This document shows positions 25,700 through 40,539 of a stretch of 64,000 nt of DNA, piece by piece. The translations under genes were made by a program, and so were the position numbers. The notes beneath the pieces were generated by a model. It was given only the letters and a program-made list of their open reading frames with translations. It did not search any database and was not told where the DNA came from. Position 1 is the stretch's first letter; each line of letters begins with the position of its first letter. Origin of the DNA: Eledone cirrhosa (taxonomy: Eukaryota); contig OZ024764.1 in the NCBI GenBank assembly GCA_964016885.1, forward strand, positions 18,476,001-18,540,000, in the 5' to 3' direction.

Positions 25700-28600
25700 A
25701 GTACCCAGTACTCATTGTAAAGTGGTCATGTAGGTGTCACAACAAAAAGTACCCAGTCCACACTGTAAAGTGGTCATGTCGGTGTCACAACAAAAAGTAC
25801 CCAGTCCACACTGTAAAGTGGTCATGTAGGTGTCACAACAAAAAGTACCCAGTCCACACTGTAAAGTGGTCATGTAGGTGAAACAACAAAAAGCACCGAG
25901 TACACACTGTAAAGTGTCATGTAGGTGTCACAACAAAAAGCTCCCAGTACACACTGTAAAGTGGTCATGTAGGTGACACAACAAAAAGCACCCAGTACAC
26001 ACTGTAAAGTGGTCATGTAGGTGTCACAACAAAAAGTACCCAGTTCACACTGTAAAGTGGTCTGTAGGTGTCACAACAAAAAGCACCCAGTCCACACTGT
26101 AAAGAGGTCATGTAGGTGTCACAACAAAAAGTACCCAGTCCACACTGTAAAGTGGTCATGTAGGTGTCTCAATAAAAAGTACCCAGTCCACACTGTAAAG
26201 TGGTCATGTAGGTGACACAACAAAAAGTACCCAGTCCACACTGTAAAGTGGTCATGTAGGTGTCACAACAAACAGCACCCAGTCCACAATGTAAAGTGGT
26301 CATGTAGGTGTCTCAACAAAAAGTACCCAGTCCACACTGTAAAGTGGTCATGTAGGTGACACAACAAAAAGTACCCAGTCCACACTGTAAAGTGGTCATG
26401 TAGGTGTCTCAACAAAAAGTACCCAGTCCACACTGTAAAGTGGTCATGTAGGTGTCTCAACAAAAAGTACTCAGTCCACACTGTAAAGTGGTCATGTAGG
26501 TGACACAACAAAAAGTACCCAGTCCACACTGTAAAGTGGTCATGTCGGTGTCACAACAAAAAGTACCCAGTCCACACTGTAAAGTGGTCATGTAGGTGTC
26601 ACAACAAAAAGTACCCAGTCCACACTGTAAAGTGGTCATGTAGGTGAAACAACAAAAAGCACCGAGTACACACTGTAAAGTGTCATGTAGGTGTCACAAC
26701 AAAAAGCTCCCAGTACACACTGTAAAGTGGTCATGTAGGTGACACAACAAAAAGCACCCAGTACACACTGTAAAGTGGTCATGTAGGTGTCACAACAAAA
26801 AGTACCCAGTTCACACTGTAAAGTGGTCTGTAGGTGTCACAACAAAAAGCACCCAGTCCACACTGTAAAGAGGTCATGTAGGTGTCACAACAAAAAGTAC
26901 CCAGTCCACACTGTAAAGTGGTCATGTAGGTGTCTCAATAAAAAGTACCCAGTCCACACTGTAAAGTGGTCATGTAGGTGACACAACAAAAAGTACCCAG
27001 TCCACACTGTAAAGTGGTCATGTAGGTGTCACAACAAACAGCACCCAGTCCACAATGTAAAGTGGTCATGTAGGTGTCTCAACAAAAAGTACCCAGTCCA
27101 CACTGTAAAGTGGTCATGTAGGTGACACAACAAAAAGTACCCAGTCCACACTGTAAAGTGGTCATGTAGGTGTCTCAACAAAAAGTACCCAGTCCACACT
27201 GTAAAGTGGTCATGTAGGTGTCTCAACAAAAAGTACTCAGTCCACACTGTAAAGTGGTCATGTAGGTGACACAACAAAAAGTACCCAGTCCACACTGTAA
27301 AGTGGTCATGTAGGTGTCACAACAAACAGCACCCAGTCCACACTGTAAAGTGGTCATGTAGGTGTCTCAACAAAAAGTAGCCAGTCCACACTGTAAAGTG
27401 TTCATGTAGGTGTCACAACAAAAAGTACCCAGTCCACACTGTAAAGTGGTCATGTAGGTGTCACAACAAACAACACCCAGTCCACACTGTATAGTGGTCA
27501 TGTAGGTGTCACAACAAAAAGTACCCAGTCCACACTGTAAAGTGGTCATGTAGGTGAAACAACAAAAAGCACCGAGTACACACTGTAAAGTGTCATGTAG
27601 GTGTCACAACAAAAAGCTCCCAGTACACACTGTAAAGTGGTCATGTAGGTGACACAACAAAAAGCACCCAGTACACACTGTAAAGTGGTCATGTAGGTGT
27701 CACAACAAAAAGTACCCAGTTCACACTGTAAAGTGGTCTGTAGGTGTCACAACAAAAAGCACCCAGTCCACACTGTAAAGAGGTCATGTAGGTGTCACAA
27801 CAAAAAGTACCCAGTCCACACTGTAAAGTGGTCATGTAGGTGTCTCAATAAAAAGTACCCAGTCCACACTGTAAAGTGGTCATGTAGGTGACACAACAAA
27901 AAGTACCCAGTCCACACTGTAAAGTGGTCATGTAGGTGTCACAACAAACAGCACCCAGTCCACAATGTAAAGTGGTCATGTAGGTGTCTCAACAAAAAGT
28001 ACCCAGTCCACACTGTAAAGTGGTCATGTAGGTGACACAACAAAAAGTACCCAGTCCACACTGTAAAGTGGTCATGTAGGTGTCTCAACAAAAAGTACCC
28101 AGTCCACACTGTAAAGTGGTCATGTAGGTGTCTCAACAAAAAGTACTCAGTCCACACTGTAAAGTGGTCATGTAGGTGACACAACAAAAAGTACCCAGTC
28201 CACACTGTAAAGTGGTCATGTAGGTGTCACAACAAACAGCACCCAGTCCACACTGTAAAGTGGTCATGTAGGTGTCTCAACAAAAAGTAGCCAGTCCACA
28301 CTGTAAAGTGTTCATGTAGGTGTCACAACAAAAAGTACCCAGTCCACACTGTAAAGTGGTCATGTAGGTGTCACAACAAACAACACCCAGTCCACACTGT
28401 ATAGTGGTCATGTAGGTGTCACAACAAAAAGTACCCAGTCCACACTGTAAAGTGGTCATGTAGGTGAAACAACAAAAAGCACCGAGTACACACTGTAAAG
28501 TGTCATGTAGGTGTCACAACAAAAAGCTCCCAGTACACACTGTAAAGTGGTCATGTAGGTGACACAACAAAAAGCACCCAGTACACACTGTAAAGTGGTC

Positions 28601-31600
28601 ATGTAGGTGTCACAACAAAAAGTACCCAGTTCACACTGTAAAGTGGTCTGTAGGTGTCACAACAAAAAGCACCCAGTCCACACTGTAAAGAGGTCATGTA
28701 GGTGTCACAACAAAAAGTACCCAGTCCACACTGTAAAGTGGTCATGTAGGTGTCTCAATAAAAAGTACCCAGTCCACACTGTAAAGTGGTCATGTAGGTG
28801 TCACAACAAAAAGTACCCAGTCCACACTGTAAAGTGGTCATGTAGGTGTCTCAACAAAAAGTACCCAGTCCACACTGTAAAGTGGTCATGTAGGTGTCAC
28901 AACAAAAAGTACCCAGTCCACACTGTAAAGTGGTCATGTAGGTGTCACAACAAAAAGGACGCAGTCCACACTGTAAAGTGGTCATATAGGTGTCACAACA
29001 AAAAGTACCCAGTCCACACTGTAAAGTGGTCACGTAGGTGTCACAACAAAAAGGACCCAGTCCACACTGTAAAGTGGTCATGTAGGTGTCATGACAAAAA
29101 GTACCCAGTCCACACTGTAAAGTGGTCATGTAGGTGTCACAACAAACAGCACCCAGTCCACACTGTAAAGTGGTCATGTAGGTGTCACAACCAACAGCAC
29201 CCAGTCCACACTGTAAAGTGGTCATGTAGGTGTCTCAACAAAAAGTACCCAGTCTACACTGTAAAGTGGTCATGTAGGTGTCACAACAAAAAGTACTCAG
29301 TCCACACTGTAAAGTGGTCATGTAGGTGTCACAACAAAAAGTACCCAGTACTCATTGTAAAGTGGTCATGTAGGTGTCACAACAAAAAGTACCCAGTCCA
29401 CACTGTAAAGTGGTCATGTCGGTGTCACAACAAAAAGTACCCAGTCCACACTGTAAAGTGGTCATGTAGGTGTCACAACAAAAAGTACCCAGTCCACACT
29501 GTAAAGTGGTCATGTAGGTGAAACAACAAAAAGCACCGAGTACACACTGTAAAGTGTCATGTAGGTGTCACAACAAAAAGCTCCCAGTACACACTGTAAA
29601 GTGGTCATGTAGGTGACACAACAAAAAGCACCCAGTACACACTGTAAAGTGGTCATGTAGGTGTCACAACAAAAAGTACCCAGTTCACACTGTAAAGTGG
29701 TCTGTAGGTGTCACAACAAAAAGCACCCAGTCCACACTGTAAAGAGGTCATGTAGGTGTCACAACAAAAAGTACCCAGTCCACACTGTAAAGTGGTCATG
29801 TAGGTGTCTCAATAAAAAGTACCCAGTCCACACTGTAAAGTGGTCATGTAGGTGACACAACAAAAAGTACCCAGTCCACACTGTAAAGTGGTCATGTAGG
29901 TGAAACAACAAAAAGTACCCAGTCCACACTGTAAAGTGGTCATGTAGGTGTCTCAACAAAAAGTACTCAGTCCACACTGTAAAGTGGTCATGTAGGTGAC
30001 ACAACAAAAAGTACCCAGTCCACACTGTAAAGTGGTCATGTCGGTGTCACAACAAAAAGTACCCAGTCCACACTGTAAAGTGGTCATGTAGGTGTCACAA
30101 CAAAAAGTACCCAGTCCACACTGTAAAGTGGTCATGTAGGTGTCTCAATAAAAAGTACCCAGTCCACACTGTAAAGTGGTCATGTAGGTGACACAACAAA
30201 AAGTACCCAGTCCACACTGTAAAGTGGTCATGTAGGTGTCTCAACAAAAAGTACCCAGTCCACACTGTAAAGTGGTCATGTAGGTGTCTCAACAAAAAGT
30301 ACTCAGTCCACACTGTAAAGTGGTCATGTAGGTGACACAACAAAAAGTACCCAGTCCACACTGTAAAGTGGTCATGTCGGTGTCACAACAAAAAGTACCC
30401 AGTCCACACTGTAAAGTGGTCATGTAGGTGTCACAACAAAAAGTACCCAGTCCACACTGTAAAGTGGTCATGTAGGTGAAACAACAAAAAGCACCGAGTA
30501 CACACTGTAAAGTGTCATGTAGGTGTCACAACAAAAAGCTCCCAGTACACACTGTAAAGTGGTCATGTAGGTGACACAACAAAAAGCACCCAGTACACAC
30601 TGTAAAGTGGTCATGTAGGTGTCACAACAAAAAGTACCCAGTTCACACTGTAAAGTGGTCTGTAGGTGTCACAACAAAAAGCACCCAGTCCACACTGTAA
30701 AGAGGTCATGTAGGTGTCACAACAAAAAGTACCCAGTCCACACTGTAAAGTGGTCATGTAGGTGTCTCAATAAAAAGTACCCAGTCCACACTGTAAAGTG
30801 GTCATGTAGGTGACACAACAAAAAGTACCCAGTCCACACTGTAAAGTGGTCATGTAGGTGTCACAACAAACAGCACCCAGTCCACAATGTAAAGTGGTCA
30901 TGTAGGTGTCTCAACAAAAAGTACCCAGTCCACACTGTAAAGTGGTCATGTAGGTGACACAACAAAAAGTACCCAGTCCACACTGTAAAGTGGTCATGTA
31001 GGTGTCTCAACAAAAAGTACCCAGTCCACACTGTAAAGTGGTCATGTAGGTGTCTCAACAAAAAGTACTCAGTCCACACTGTAAAGTGGTCATGTAGGTG
31101 ACACAACAAAAAGTACCCAGTCCACACTGTAAAGTGGTCATGTAGGTGTCACAACAAACAGCACCCAGTCCACACTGTAAAGTGGTCATGTAGGTGTCTC
31201 AACAAAAAGTAGCCAGTCCACACTGTAAAGTGTTCATGTAGGTGTCACAACAAAAAGTACCCAGTCCACACTGTAAAGTGGTCATGTAGGTGTCACAACA
31301 AACAACACCCAGTCCACACTGTATAGTGGTCATGTAGGTGTCACAACAAAAAGTACCCAGTCCACACTGTAAAGTGGTCATGTAGGTGAAACAACAAAAA
31401 GCACCGAGTACACACTGTAAAGTGTCATGTAGGTGTCACAACAAAAAGCTCCCAGTACACACTGTAAAGTGGTCATGTAGGTGACACAACAAAAAGCACC
31501 CAGTACACACTGTAAAGTGGTCATGTAGGTGTCACAACAAAAAGTACCCAGTTCACACTGTAAAGTGGTCTGTAGGTGTCACAACAAAAAGCACCCAGTC

Positions 31601-34600
31601 CACACTGTAAAGAGGTCATGTAGGTGTCACAACAAAAAGTACCCAGTCCACACTGTAAAGTGGTCATGTAGGTGTCTCAATAAAAAGTACCCAGTCCACA
31701 CTGTAAAGTGGTCATGTAGGTGACACAACAAAAAGTACCCAGTCCACACTGTAAAGTGGTCATGTAGGTGTCACAACAAACAGCACCCAGTCCACAATGT
31801 AAAGTGGTCATGTAGGTGTCTCAACAAAAAGTACCCAGTCCACACTGTAAAGTGGTCATGTAGGTGACACAACAAAAAGTACCCAGTCCACACTGTAAAG
31901 TGGTCATGTAGGTGTCTCAACAAAAAGTACCCAGTCCACACTGTAAAGTGGTCATGTAGGTGTCTCAACAAAAAGTACTCAGTCCACACTGTAAAGTGGT
32001 CATGTAGGTGACACAACAAAAAGTACCCAGTCCACACTGTAAAGTGGTCATGTCGGTGTCACAATAAAAAGTACCCAGTCCACACTGTAAAGTGGTCATG
32101 TAGGTGTCACAACAAAAAGTACCCAGCCCACACTGTAAAGTGGTCATGTAGGTGAAACAACAAAAAGCACCGAGTACACACTGTAAAGTGTCATGTAGGT
32201 GTCACAACAAAAAGCTCCCAGTACACACTGTAAAGTGGTCATGTAGGTGACACAACAAAAAGCACCCAGTACACACTGTAAAGTGGTCATGTAGGTGTCA
32301 CAACAAAAAGTACCCAGTTCACACTGTAAAGTGGTCTGTAGGTGTCACAACAAAAAGCACCCAGTCCACACTGTAAAGAGGTCATGTAGGTGTCACAACA
32401 AAAAGTACCCAGTCCACACTGTAAAGTGGTCATGTAGGTGTCTCAATAAAAAGTACCCAGTCCACACTGTAAAGTGGTCATGTAGGTGACACAACAAAAA
32501 GTACCCAGTCCACACTGTAAAGTGGTCATGTAGGTGTCACAACAAACAGCACCCAGTCCACAATGTAAAGTGGTCATGTAGGTGTCTCAACAAAAAGTAC
32601 CCAGTCCACACTGTAAAGTGGTCATGTAGGTGACAAAACAAAAAGTACCCAGTCCACACTGTAAAGTGGTCATGTAGGTGTCTCAACAAAAAGTACCCAG
32701 TCCACACTGTAAAGTGGTCATGTAGGTGTCTCAACAAAAAGTACTCAGTCCACACTGTAAAGTGGTCATGTAGGTGACACAACAAAAAGTACCCAGTCCA
32801 CACTGTAAAGTGGTCATGTAGGTGTCACAACAAACAGCACCCAGTCCACACTGTAAAGTGGTCATGTAGGTGTCTCAACAAAAAGTAGCCAGTCCACACT
32901 GTAAAGTGGTCATGTAGGTGTCACAACAAAAAGTACCCAGTCCACACTGTAAAGTGGTCATGTAGGTGTCACAACAAACAACACCCAGTCCACACTGTAT
33001 AGTGGTCATGTAGGTGTCACAACAAAAAGTACCCAGTCTACACTGTAAAGTGGTCATGTAGGTGTCACAACAAAAAGTACCCAGTACACACTGTATAGTG
33101 GTCATGTAGGTGTCACAACAAAAAGTACCCAGTCCACACTGTAAAGTGGTCATGTAGGTGTCACAACAAAAAGTACCCAGTCCACACTGTAAAGTGGTCA
33201 TGTAGGTGTCTCAACAAAAAGTACCCAGTCCACACTGTAAAGTGGTCATGTAGGTGTCACAACAAAAAGTACCCAGTCCACACTGTAAAGTGGTCATGTA
33301 GGTGTCACAACAAAAAGGACGCAGTCCACACTGTAAAGTGGTCATATAGGTGTCACAACAAAAAGTACCCAGTCCACACTGTAAAGTGGTCACGTAGGTG
33401 TCACAACAAAAAGGACCCAGTCCACACTGTAAAGTGGTCATGTAGGTGTCATGACAAAAAGTACCCAGTCCACACTGTAAAGTGGTCATGTAGGTGTCAC
33501 AACAAACAGCACCCAGTCCACACTGTAAAGTGGTCATGTAGGTGTCACAACCAACAGCACCCAGTCCACACTGTAAAGTGGTCATGTAGGTGTCACAACA
33601 AACAACACCCATTCCACACTGTAAAGTGGTCATGTAGGTGTCACAACAAAAAGTGCCCAGTCCACACTGTAAAGTGGTCATGTAGGTGTCTCAACAAAAA
33701 GTACCCAGTCTACACTGTAAAGTGGTCATGTAGGTGTCACAACAAAAAGTACTCAGTCCACACTGTAAAGTGGTCATGTAGGTGTCACAACAAAAAGTAC
33801 CCAGTACTCATTGTAAAGTGGTCATGTAGGTGTCACAACAAAAAGTACCCAGTCCACACTGTAAAGTGGTCATGTCGGTGTCACAACAAAAAGTACCCAG
33901 TCCACACTGTAAAGTGGTCATGTAGGTGTCACAACAAAAAGTACCCAGTCCACACTGTAAAGTGGTCATGTAGGTGAAACAACAAAAAGCACCGAGTACA
34001 CACTGTAAAGTGTCATGTAGGTGTCACAACAAAAAGCTCCCAGTACACACTGTAAAGTGGTCATGTAGGTGACACAACAAAAAGCACCCAGTACACACTG
34101 TAAAGTGGTCATGTAGGTGTCACAACAAAAAGTACCCAGTTCACACTGTAAAGTAGTCTGTAGGTGTCACAACAAAAAGCACCCAGTCCACACTGTAAAG
34201 AGGTCATGTAGGTGTCACAACAAAAAGTACCCAGTCCACACTGTAAAGTGGTCATGTAGGTGTCTCAATAAAAAGTACCCAGTCCACACTGTAAAGTGGT
34301 CATGTAGGTGACACAACAAAAAGTACCCAGTCCACACTGTAAAGTGGTCATGTAGGTGTCACAACAAACAGCACCCAGTCCACAATGTAAAGTGGTCATG
34401 TAGGTGTCTCAACAAAAAGTACCCAGTCCACACTGTAAAGTGGTCATGTAGGTGACACAACAAAAAGTACCCAGTCCACACTGTAAAGTGGTCATGTAGG
34501 TGTCTCAACAAAAAGTACCCAGTCCACACTGTAAAGTGTTCATGTAGGTGTCTCAACAAAAAGTACTCAGTCCACACTGTAAAGTGGTCATGTAGGTGAC
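25700..34600. repeat. Local higher-order repeat, nine units mostly 16-22 monomers long (766, 910, 958, 1,054 bp; one 1,822-bp interval)
   Basis: The cassette GTGAAACAAC..CACCGAGTAC..AAAGTGTCATG..GCTCCC..GTCTGTAGG..GAGGTC..TCTCAAT recurs. Anchor ORF starts are 26021, 26787, 27697, 28607, 29661, 30619, 31529, 32295 and 34117. Confidence 0.9.
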
Positions 34601-37600
34601 ACAACAAAAAGTACCCAGTCCACACTGTAAAGTTGTCATGTAGGTGTCACAACAAACAGCACCTAGTCCACACTGTAAAGTGGTCATGTAGGTGTCTCAA
34701 CAAAAAGTACCCAGTCCACACTGTAAAGTGGTCATGTAGGTGTCTCAACAAAAAGTACCCAGTCCACACTCTAAAGTGGTCATGTAGGTGACACAACAAA
34801 AAGTACCCAGTCCACACTGTAAAGTGGTCATGTAGGTGTCACAACAAACAGCACCCAGTCCACACTGTAAAGTGGTGATGTAGGTGTCTCAACAAAAAGT
34901 ACCCGGTCCACACTGTAAAGTGGTCATGTAAGTGTCTCAACAAAAAGTACCCAGTCCACACTGTAAAGTGGTCATGTAGGTGTCACAACCAAAAGTACCC
35001 AGTCCACACTGTAAAGTGGTCATATAGGTGTCACAACAAAAAGTACCCAGTCCATACTGTAAAGTGGTCATGTAGGTGTCACAACAAAAAGTACCCAGTC
35101 CACACTGTAAAGTGGTCATGTAGGTGTCACAACAAAAAGTACCCAGTCCACACTGTAAAGTGGTCATCTAGGTGTCACAACAAATAGTACCCAGTCCACA
35201 CTGTAAAGTGGTCATGTAGGTGTCACAACAAAAAGTACCCAGTCCACTCTGTAAAGTGGTCATGTAGGTGTCACAACAAAAAGTACCCAGTCCACTCTGT
35301 AAAGTGGTCATGTAGGTGTCACAACCAAAAGTACCCAGTCCACACTGTAAAGTGGACATGTAGGTGTCACAACAAAAAGCACTCAGTCCACACTGTAAAG
35401 TGGTCATGTAGGTGTCACAACAAAAAGTACCCAGTCCACACTGTAAAGTGGTCATGTAGGTGTCACAACAAAAAGTACTCAGTCCACACTGTAAAGTGGT
35501 CATGTAGGTGTCTCAACAAAAAGTACCCAGTCCACACTGTAAAGTGGTCATGTAGGTGACACAACAAAAAGTTCCCAGTCCACACTGTAAAGTGGTCATG
35601 TAGGTGTCACAACAAACAGCACCCAGTCCACACTGTAAAGTGGTCATGTAGGTGTCTCAACAAAAAGTACCCGGTCCACACTGTAAAGTGGTCATGTAAG
35701 TGTCTCAACAAAAAGTACCCAGTCCACACTGTAAAGTGGTCATGTAGGTGTCACAACAAAAAGTACCCAGTCCACACTTTAAAGTCGTCATGTAGGTGTC
35801 ACAACAAACAACACCCAGTCCACACTGTATAGTGGTTATGTAGGTGTCACAACAAAAAGTACCCAGTCTACACTGTAAAGTGGTCATGTAGGTGTGACAA
35901 CAAAAAGTACCCAGTACACACTGTATAGTGGTCATGTAGGTGTCACAACAAAAAGTACCCAGTCCACACTGTAAAGTCGTCATGTAGGTGTCACAACAAA
36001 AAGTACCCAGTCCACACTGTAAAGAGGTCATGTAGGTGTCACAACAAAAAGTACCCAGTCCACACTGTAAAGTGGTCATGTAGGTGTCACAACAAAAAGT
36101 ACCCAGTCCACACTGTAAAGTGGTCATGTAGGTGTCTCAACAAAAAGTACCCAGTCCACACTGTAAAGTGGTCATGTAGGTGACACAACAAAAAGTACCC
36201 AGTCCACACTGTAAAGTGGTCATGTAGGTGTCACAACAAACAGCACCCAGTCCACACTGTAAAGTGGTCATGTAGGTGTCTCAACAAAAAGTACCCAGTC
36301 CACACTGTAAAGTGGTCATGTAGGTGACACAACAAAAAGTACCCAGTCCACACTGTAAAGTGGTCATGTAGGTGTCACAACAAACAGCACCCAGTCCACA
36401 CTGTAAAGTGGTCATGTAGGTGTCTCAACAAAAAGTACCCAGTCCACACTGTAAAGTGGTCATGTAGGTGACACAACAAAAAGTACCCAGTCCACACTGT
36501 AAAGTGGTCATGTAGGTGTCACAACAAAAAGTACCCAGTCCACACTGTAAAGTGGTCATGTAGGTGTCTCAACAAAAAGTACTCAGTCCACACTGTAAAG
36601 TGGTCATGTAGGTGACACAACAAAAGGTACACAGTCCACACTGTAAAGTTGTCATGTAGGTGTCACAACAAACAACACCTAGTCCACACTGTAAAGTGGT
36701 CATGTAGGTGTCTCAACAAAAAGTACCCAGTCCACACTGTAAAGTGGTCATGTAGGTGTCACAACAAAAAGTACCCAGTGCACACTGTAAAGTGGTCATG
36801 TAGGTGTCACAACAAACAGCACCCAGTCCACACTGTAAAGTAGTCATGTAGGTGTCTCAATAAAAAGTAGCCAGTCCACACTGTAAAGTGGTCATGTAGG
36901 TGTCTAAACAAAAAGTACCCAGTCCACACTGTAAAGTGGTCATGTAGGTGTCACAACAAAAAGGACCCAGTCCACACTGTAAAGTTGTCATGTAGGTGTC
37001 ATGACAAAAAGTACCCAGTCCACACTGTAAAGTGGTCATGTAGGTGTCACAACAAACAGCACCCAGTCCACACTGTAAAGTGGTCATGTAGGTGTCACAA
37101 CAAAAAGTACCCAGTCCACACTGTAAAGTGGTCATGTAGGTGTCTCAACAAAAAGTACCCAGTCCACACTGCAAAGTGGTCATGTAGGTGTCACAACAAA
37201 AAGTACCCAGTCCACACTGTAAAGTGGTCATGTAGGCGTCACAACAAAAAGTACGCAGTCCACACTGTAAAGTGGTCATATAGGTGTCACAACAAAAAGT
37301 ACCCAGTCCACACTGTAAAGTGGTCATGTAGGTGTCACAACAAAAAGGACCCAGTCCACACTGTAAAGTTGTCATGTAGGTGTCATGACAAAAAGTAACC
37401 AGTCCACACTGTAAAGTGGTCATGTAGGTGTCACAACAAACAGCACCCAGTCCACACTGTAAAGTGGTCATGTAGGTGTCACAACAAACAACACCCATTC
37501 CACACTGTAAAGTGGTCATGTAGGTGTCACAACAAAAAGTGCCCAGTCCACACTGTAAAGTGGTCATGTAGGTGTCTCAACAAAAAGTACCCAGTCTACA

Positions 37601-40539
37601 CTGTAAAGTGGTCATGTAGGTGTCACAACAAAAAGTACCCAGTACTCATTGTAAAGTGGTCATGTAGGTGTCACAACAAAAAGTACCCAGTCCACACTGT
37701 AAAGTGGTTTTGTAGGTGTCACAACAAAAAGTACCCAGTCCACACTGTAAAGTGGTCATGTAGGTGTCACAACAAAAAGTACCCAGTCCACACTGTAAAG
37801 TGGTCATGTAGGTGACACAACAAAAAACACCGAGTACACACTGTAAAGTGTCATGTAGGTGTCACAACAAAAAGCTCCCAGTACACACTGTGAAGTGGTC
37901 ATGTCGGTGACACAACAAAAAGCACCCAGTACACACTGTAAAGTGGTCATGTAGGTGTCACAACAAAAAGTACCCAGTCCACACTGTAAAGAGGTCTGTA
38001 GGTGTCACAACAAAAAGTACCCAGTACACACTGTAAAGTGGTCATGTAGGTGTCACAACAAAAAGTACCCAGTCCACACTGTAAAGTGGTCTGTAGGTGT
38101 CACAACAAAAAGCACCCAGTCCACACTGTAAAGAGGTCATGTAGGTGTCACAACAAAAAGTACCCAGTCCACACTGTAAAGTGGTCATGTAGGTGTCTCA
38201 ATAAAAAGTACCCAGTCCACACTGTAAAGTGGTCATGTAGGTGTCACAACAAAAAGTACCCAGTCCACACTGTAAAGTGGTCATGTAGGTGTCACAACAA
38301 AAAGTACCCAGTCCACACTGTAAAGTGGTCATGTAGGTGTCACAACAAAAAGTACCCAGTCCACACTGTAAAGTGGTCATTTAGGTGTCACGACAAAAAG
38401 TACCCAGTCCACACTGTAAAGTGGTCATGTAGGTATCATGACAAAACGTACCCAGTCCACCCTGTAAATTGGTCATGTAGGTGTCACAACAAAAAGTACC
38501 CAGTCCACACTCTCAAGTGGTCATGTAGGTGTCACAACAAAAAGTACCTAGTCCACACTGTAAAGTGGTCATGTAGCTGTCACAACAAAAGGTACCCAGT
38601 CCACACTGTAATGTGGTCATACAGGTTTCACAACAAAAAGTACCCAGTCCACACTGTAATGTGGTCATATAGGTGTCACAACAAAAAGTACCCAGTCCAC
38701 ACTGTAAAGTGGTCATGTAGGTGTCACAACAAAAAGTACCCAGTCCACACTGTAAAGTGGACATGTAGGTGTCATGACAAAAAGTACCCAGTCCACACTG
38801 TAAAGTGGTCATGTAGGTGTGTACAACAAAAAGTACCCAATCCACACTGTAAAGTGGTCATGTAGGTGTCACAACAAAAAGTACCCAGTCCACACTGTAA
38901 AGTGGTCATGTAGGAGTCACAACAAAAAGTACCCAGTCCACACTGTAAAGTGGTCATGTAGGTGTCACAACAAAATATACCCAGTCCACACTGTAAAGTG
39001 GTCATGTAGGTGTCACAACAAAAAGTACCCAGTCCACACTGTAAAGTGGTCATGTAGGTGTCACAACAAAAAGTACCCAGTCCACCCTGTAAAGTGGTCA
39101 TGTAGGTGTCACAAAAAAAGTACCCAGTCCACCCTGTAAGGTGGTCATATATGTGTCACAACAAAAAGTACCCAGTCCACCCTGTAAAGTGGTCATGTAT
39201 GTGTCACAACAAAAAGTACCCAGTCCACACTGTAAAGTGGTCATGTATGTGTCACAACAAAAAGTACCCAGTCCACACTGTAAAGTGGTCATGTAGGTGT
39301 CACAACAAAAAGTACCCAGTCCACACTGTAAAGTGGTCAGGTAGGTATCATGACAAAAAGTACCCAGTCCACACTGTAAAGTGGTCATGTAGGTATCATG
39401 ACAAAAAGTACCCAGTCCACACTGTAAAGTGGTCATGTAGGTGTCACAACAAAAAGTACCCAGTCCACCCTGTAAAGTGGTCATATAGGTGTCACAACAA
39501 AAAGTACCCAATCCACCCTGTAAAGTGGTCATGTATGTGTCACAACAAAAAGTACCCAGTCCACACTGTAAAGTGGTCATGTAGGTGTCACAACAAAAAG
39601 TACCCAGTCGACACTGTCAAGTGGTCATGTAGGTGTCACAACAAAAAGTACCCAGTCCACACTGTAAAGTGGTCATGTAGGTGTCACAACAAAAAGTACC
39701 CAGTCCACACTGTAAAGTGGTCATGTAGGTGTCACAACAAAATATACCCAGTCCACACTGTAAAGTGGTCATGTAGGTGTCACAACAAAAAGTACCCAGT
39801 CCACACTGTAAAGTGGTCATGTAGGTGTCACAACAAACAACACCCAGTCCACACTGTAAAGTGGTCATGTAGGTGTCACGACAAAAAGTACCCAGTCCAC
39901 ACTGTAAAGTGGTCATGTAGGTGTCACAACAAAAAGTACCCAGTCCACACTGTCAAGTGGTCATGTAGGTGTCACAACAAAAAGTACCTAGTCCACACTG
40001 TAAAGTGGTCATGTAGCTGTCACAACAAAAAGTACCCAGTCCACACTGTAATGTGGTCATGCAGGTTTCACAACAAAAAGTACCCAGTCCACACTGTAAT
40101 GTGGTCATATAGGTCTCATAACAAAAAGTACCCAGTCCACACTGTAAAGTGGTCATGTAGGTGTCACAACAAAAAGTACCCAGTCCACACTGTAAAGTGG
40201 ACATGTAGGTGTCATGACAAAAAGTACCCAGTCCACACTGTAAAGTGGTCATGTAGGTGTCACAACAAAAAGTACCCAGTCCACACTGTAAAGTGGTCAT
40301 GTAGGTGTCACAACAAAAAGTACCCAGTCCACACTGTAAAGTGGTCATGTAGGTGTCACAACAAAAAGTACCCAGTCCACACTGTAAAGTGGTCATGTAG
40401 GTGTCACAACAAAATATACCCAGTCCACACTGTAAAGTGGTCATGTAGGTGTCACAACAAAAAGTACCCAGTCCACACTGTAAAGTGGTCATGTAGGTGT
40501 CACAACAAAAAGTATGCAGTCCACACTATAAAGTGGTCA

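Larger units (their letters stand above)
1..38230. repeat. Left sub-family domain (A) of the 48-bp satellite
   Basis: Dominated by monomer variants GTGTCTCAAC, GTGACACAAC and AAACAGCACCC, plus TGTATAG, GTACGCAG, AAAGGACCC and a 1-bp-deletion cassette. The last GTGTCTCAA is at about 38195. Confidence 0.9.
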
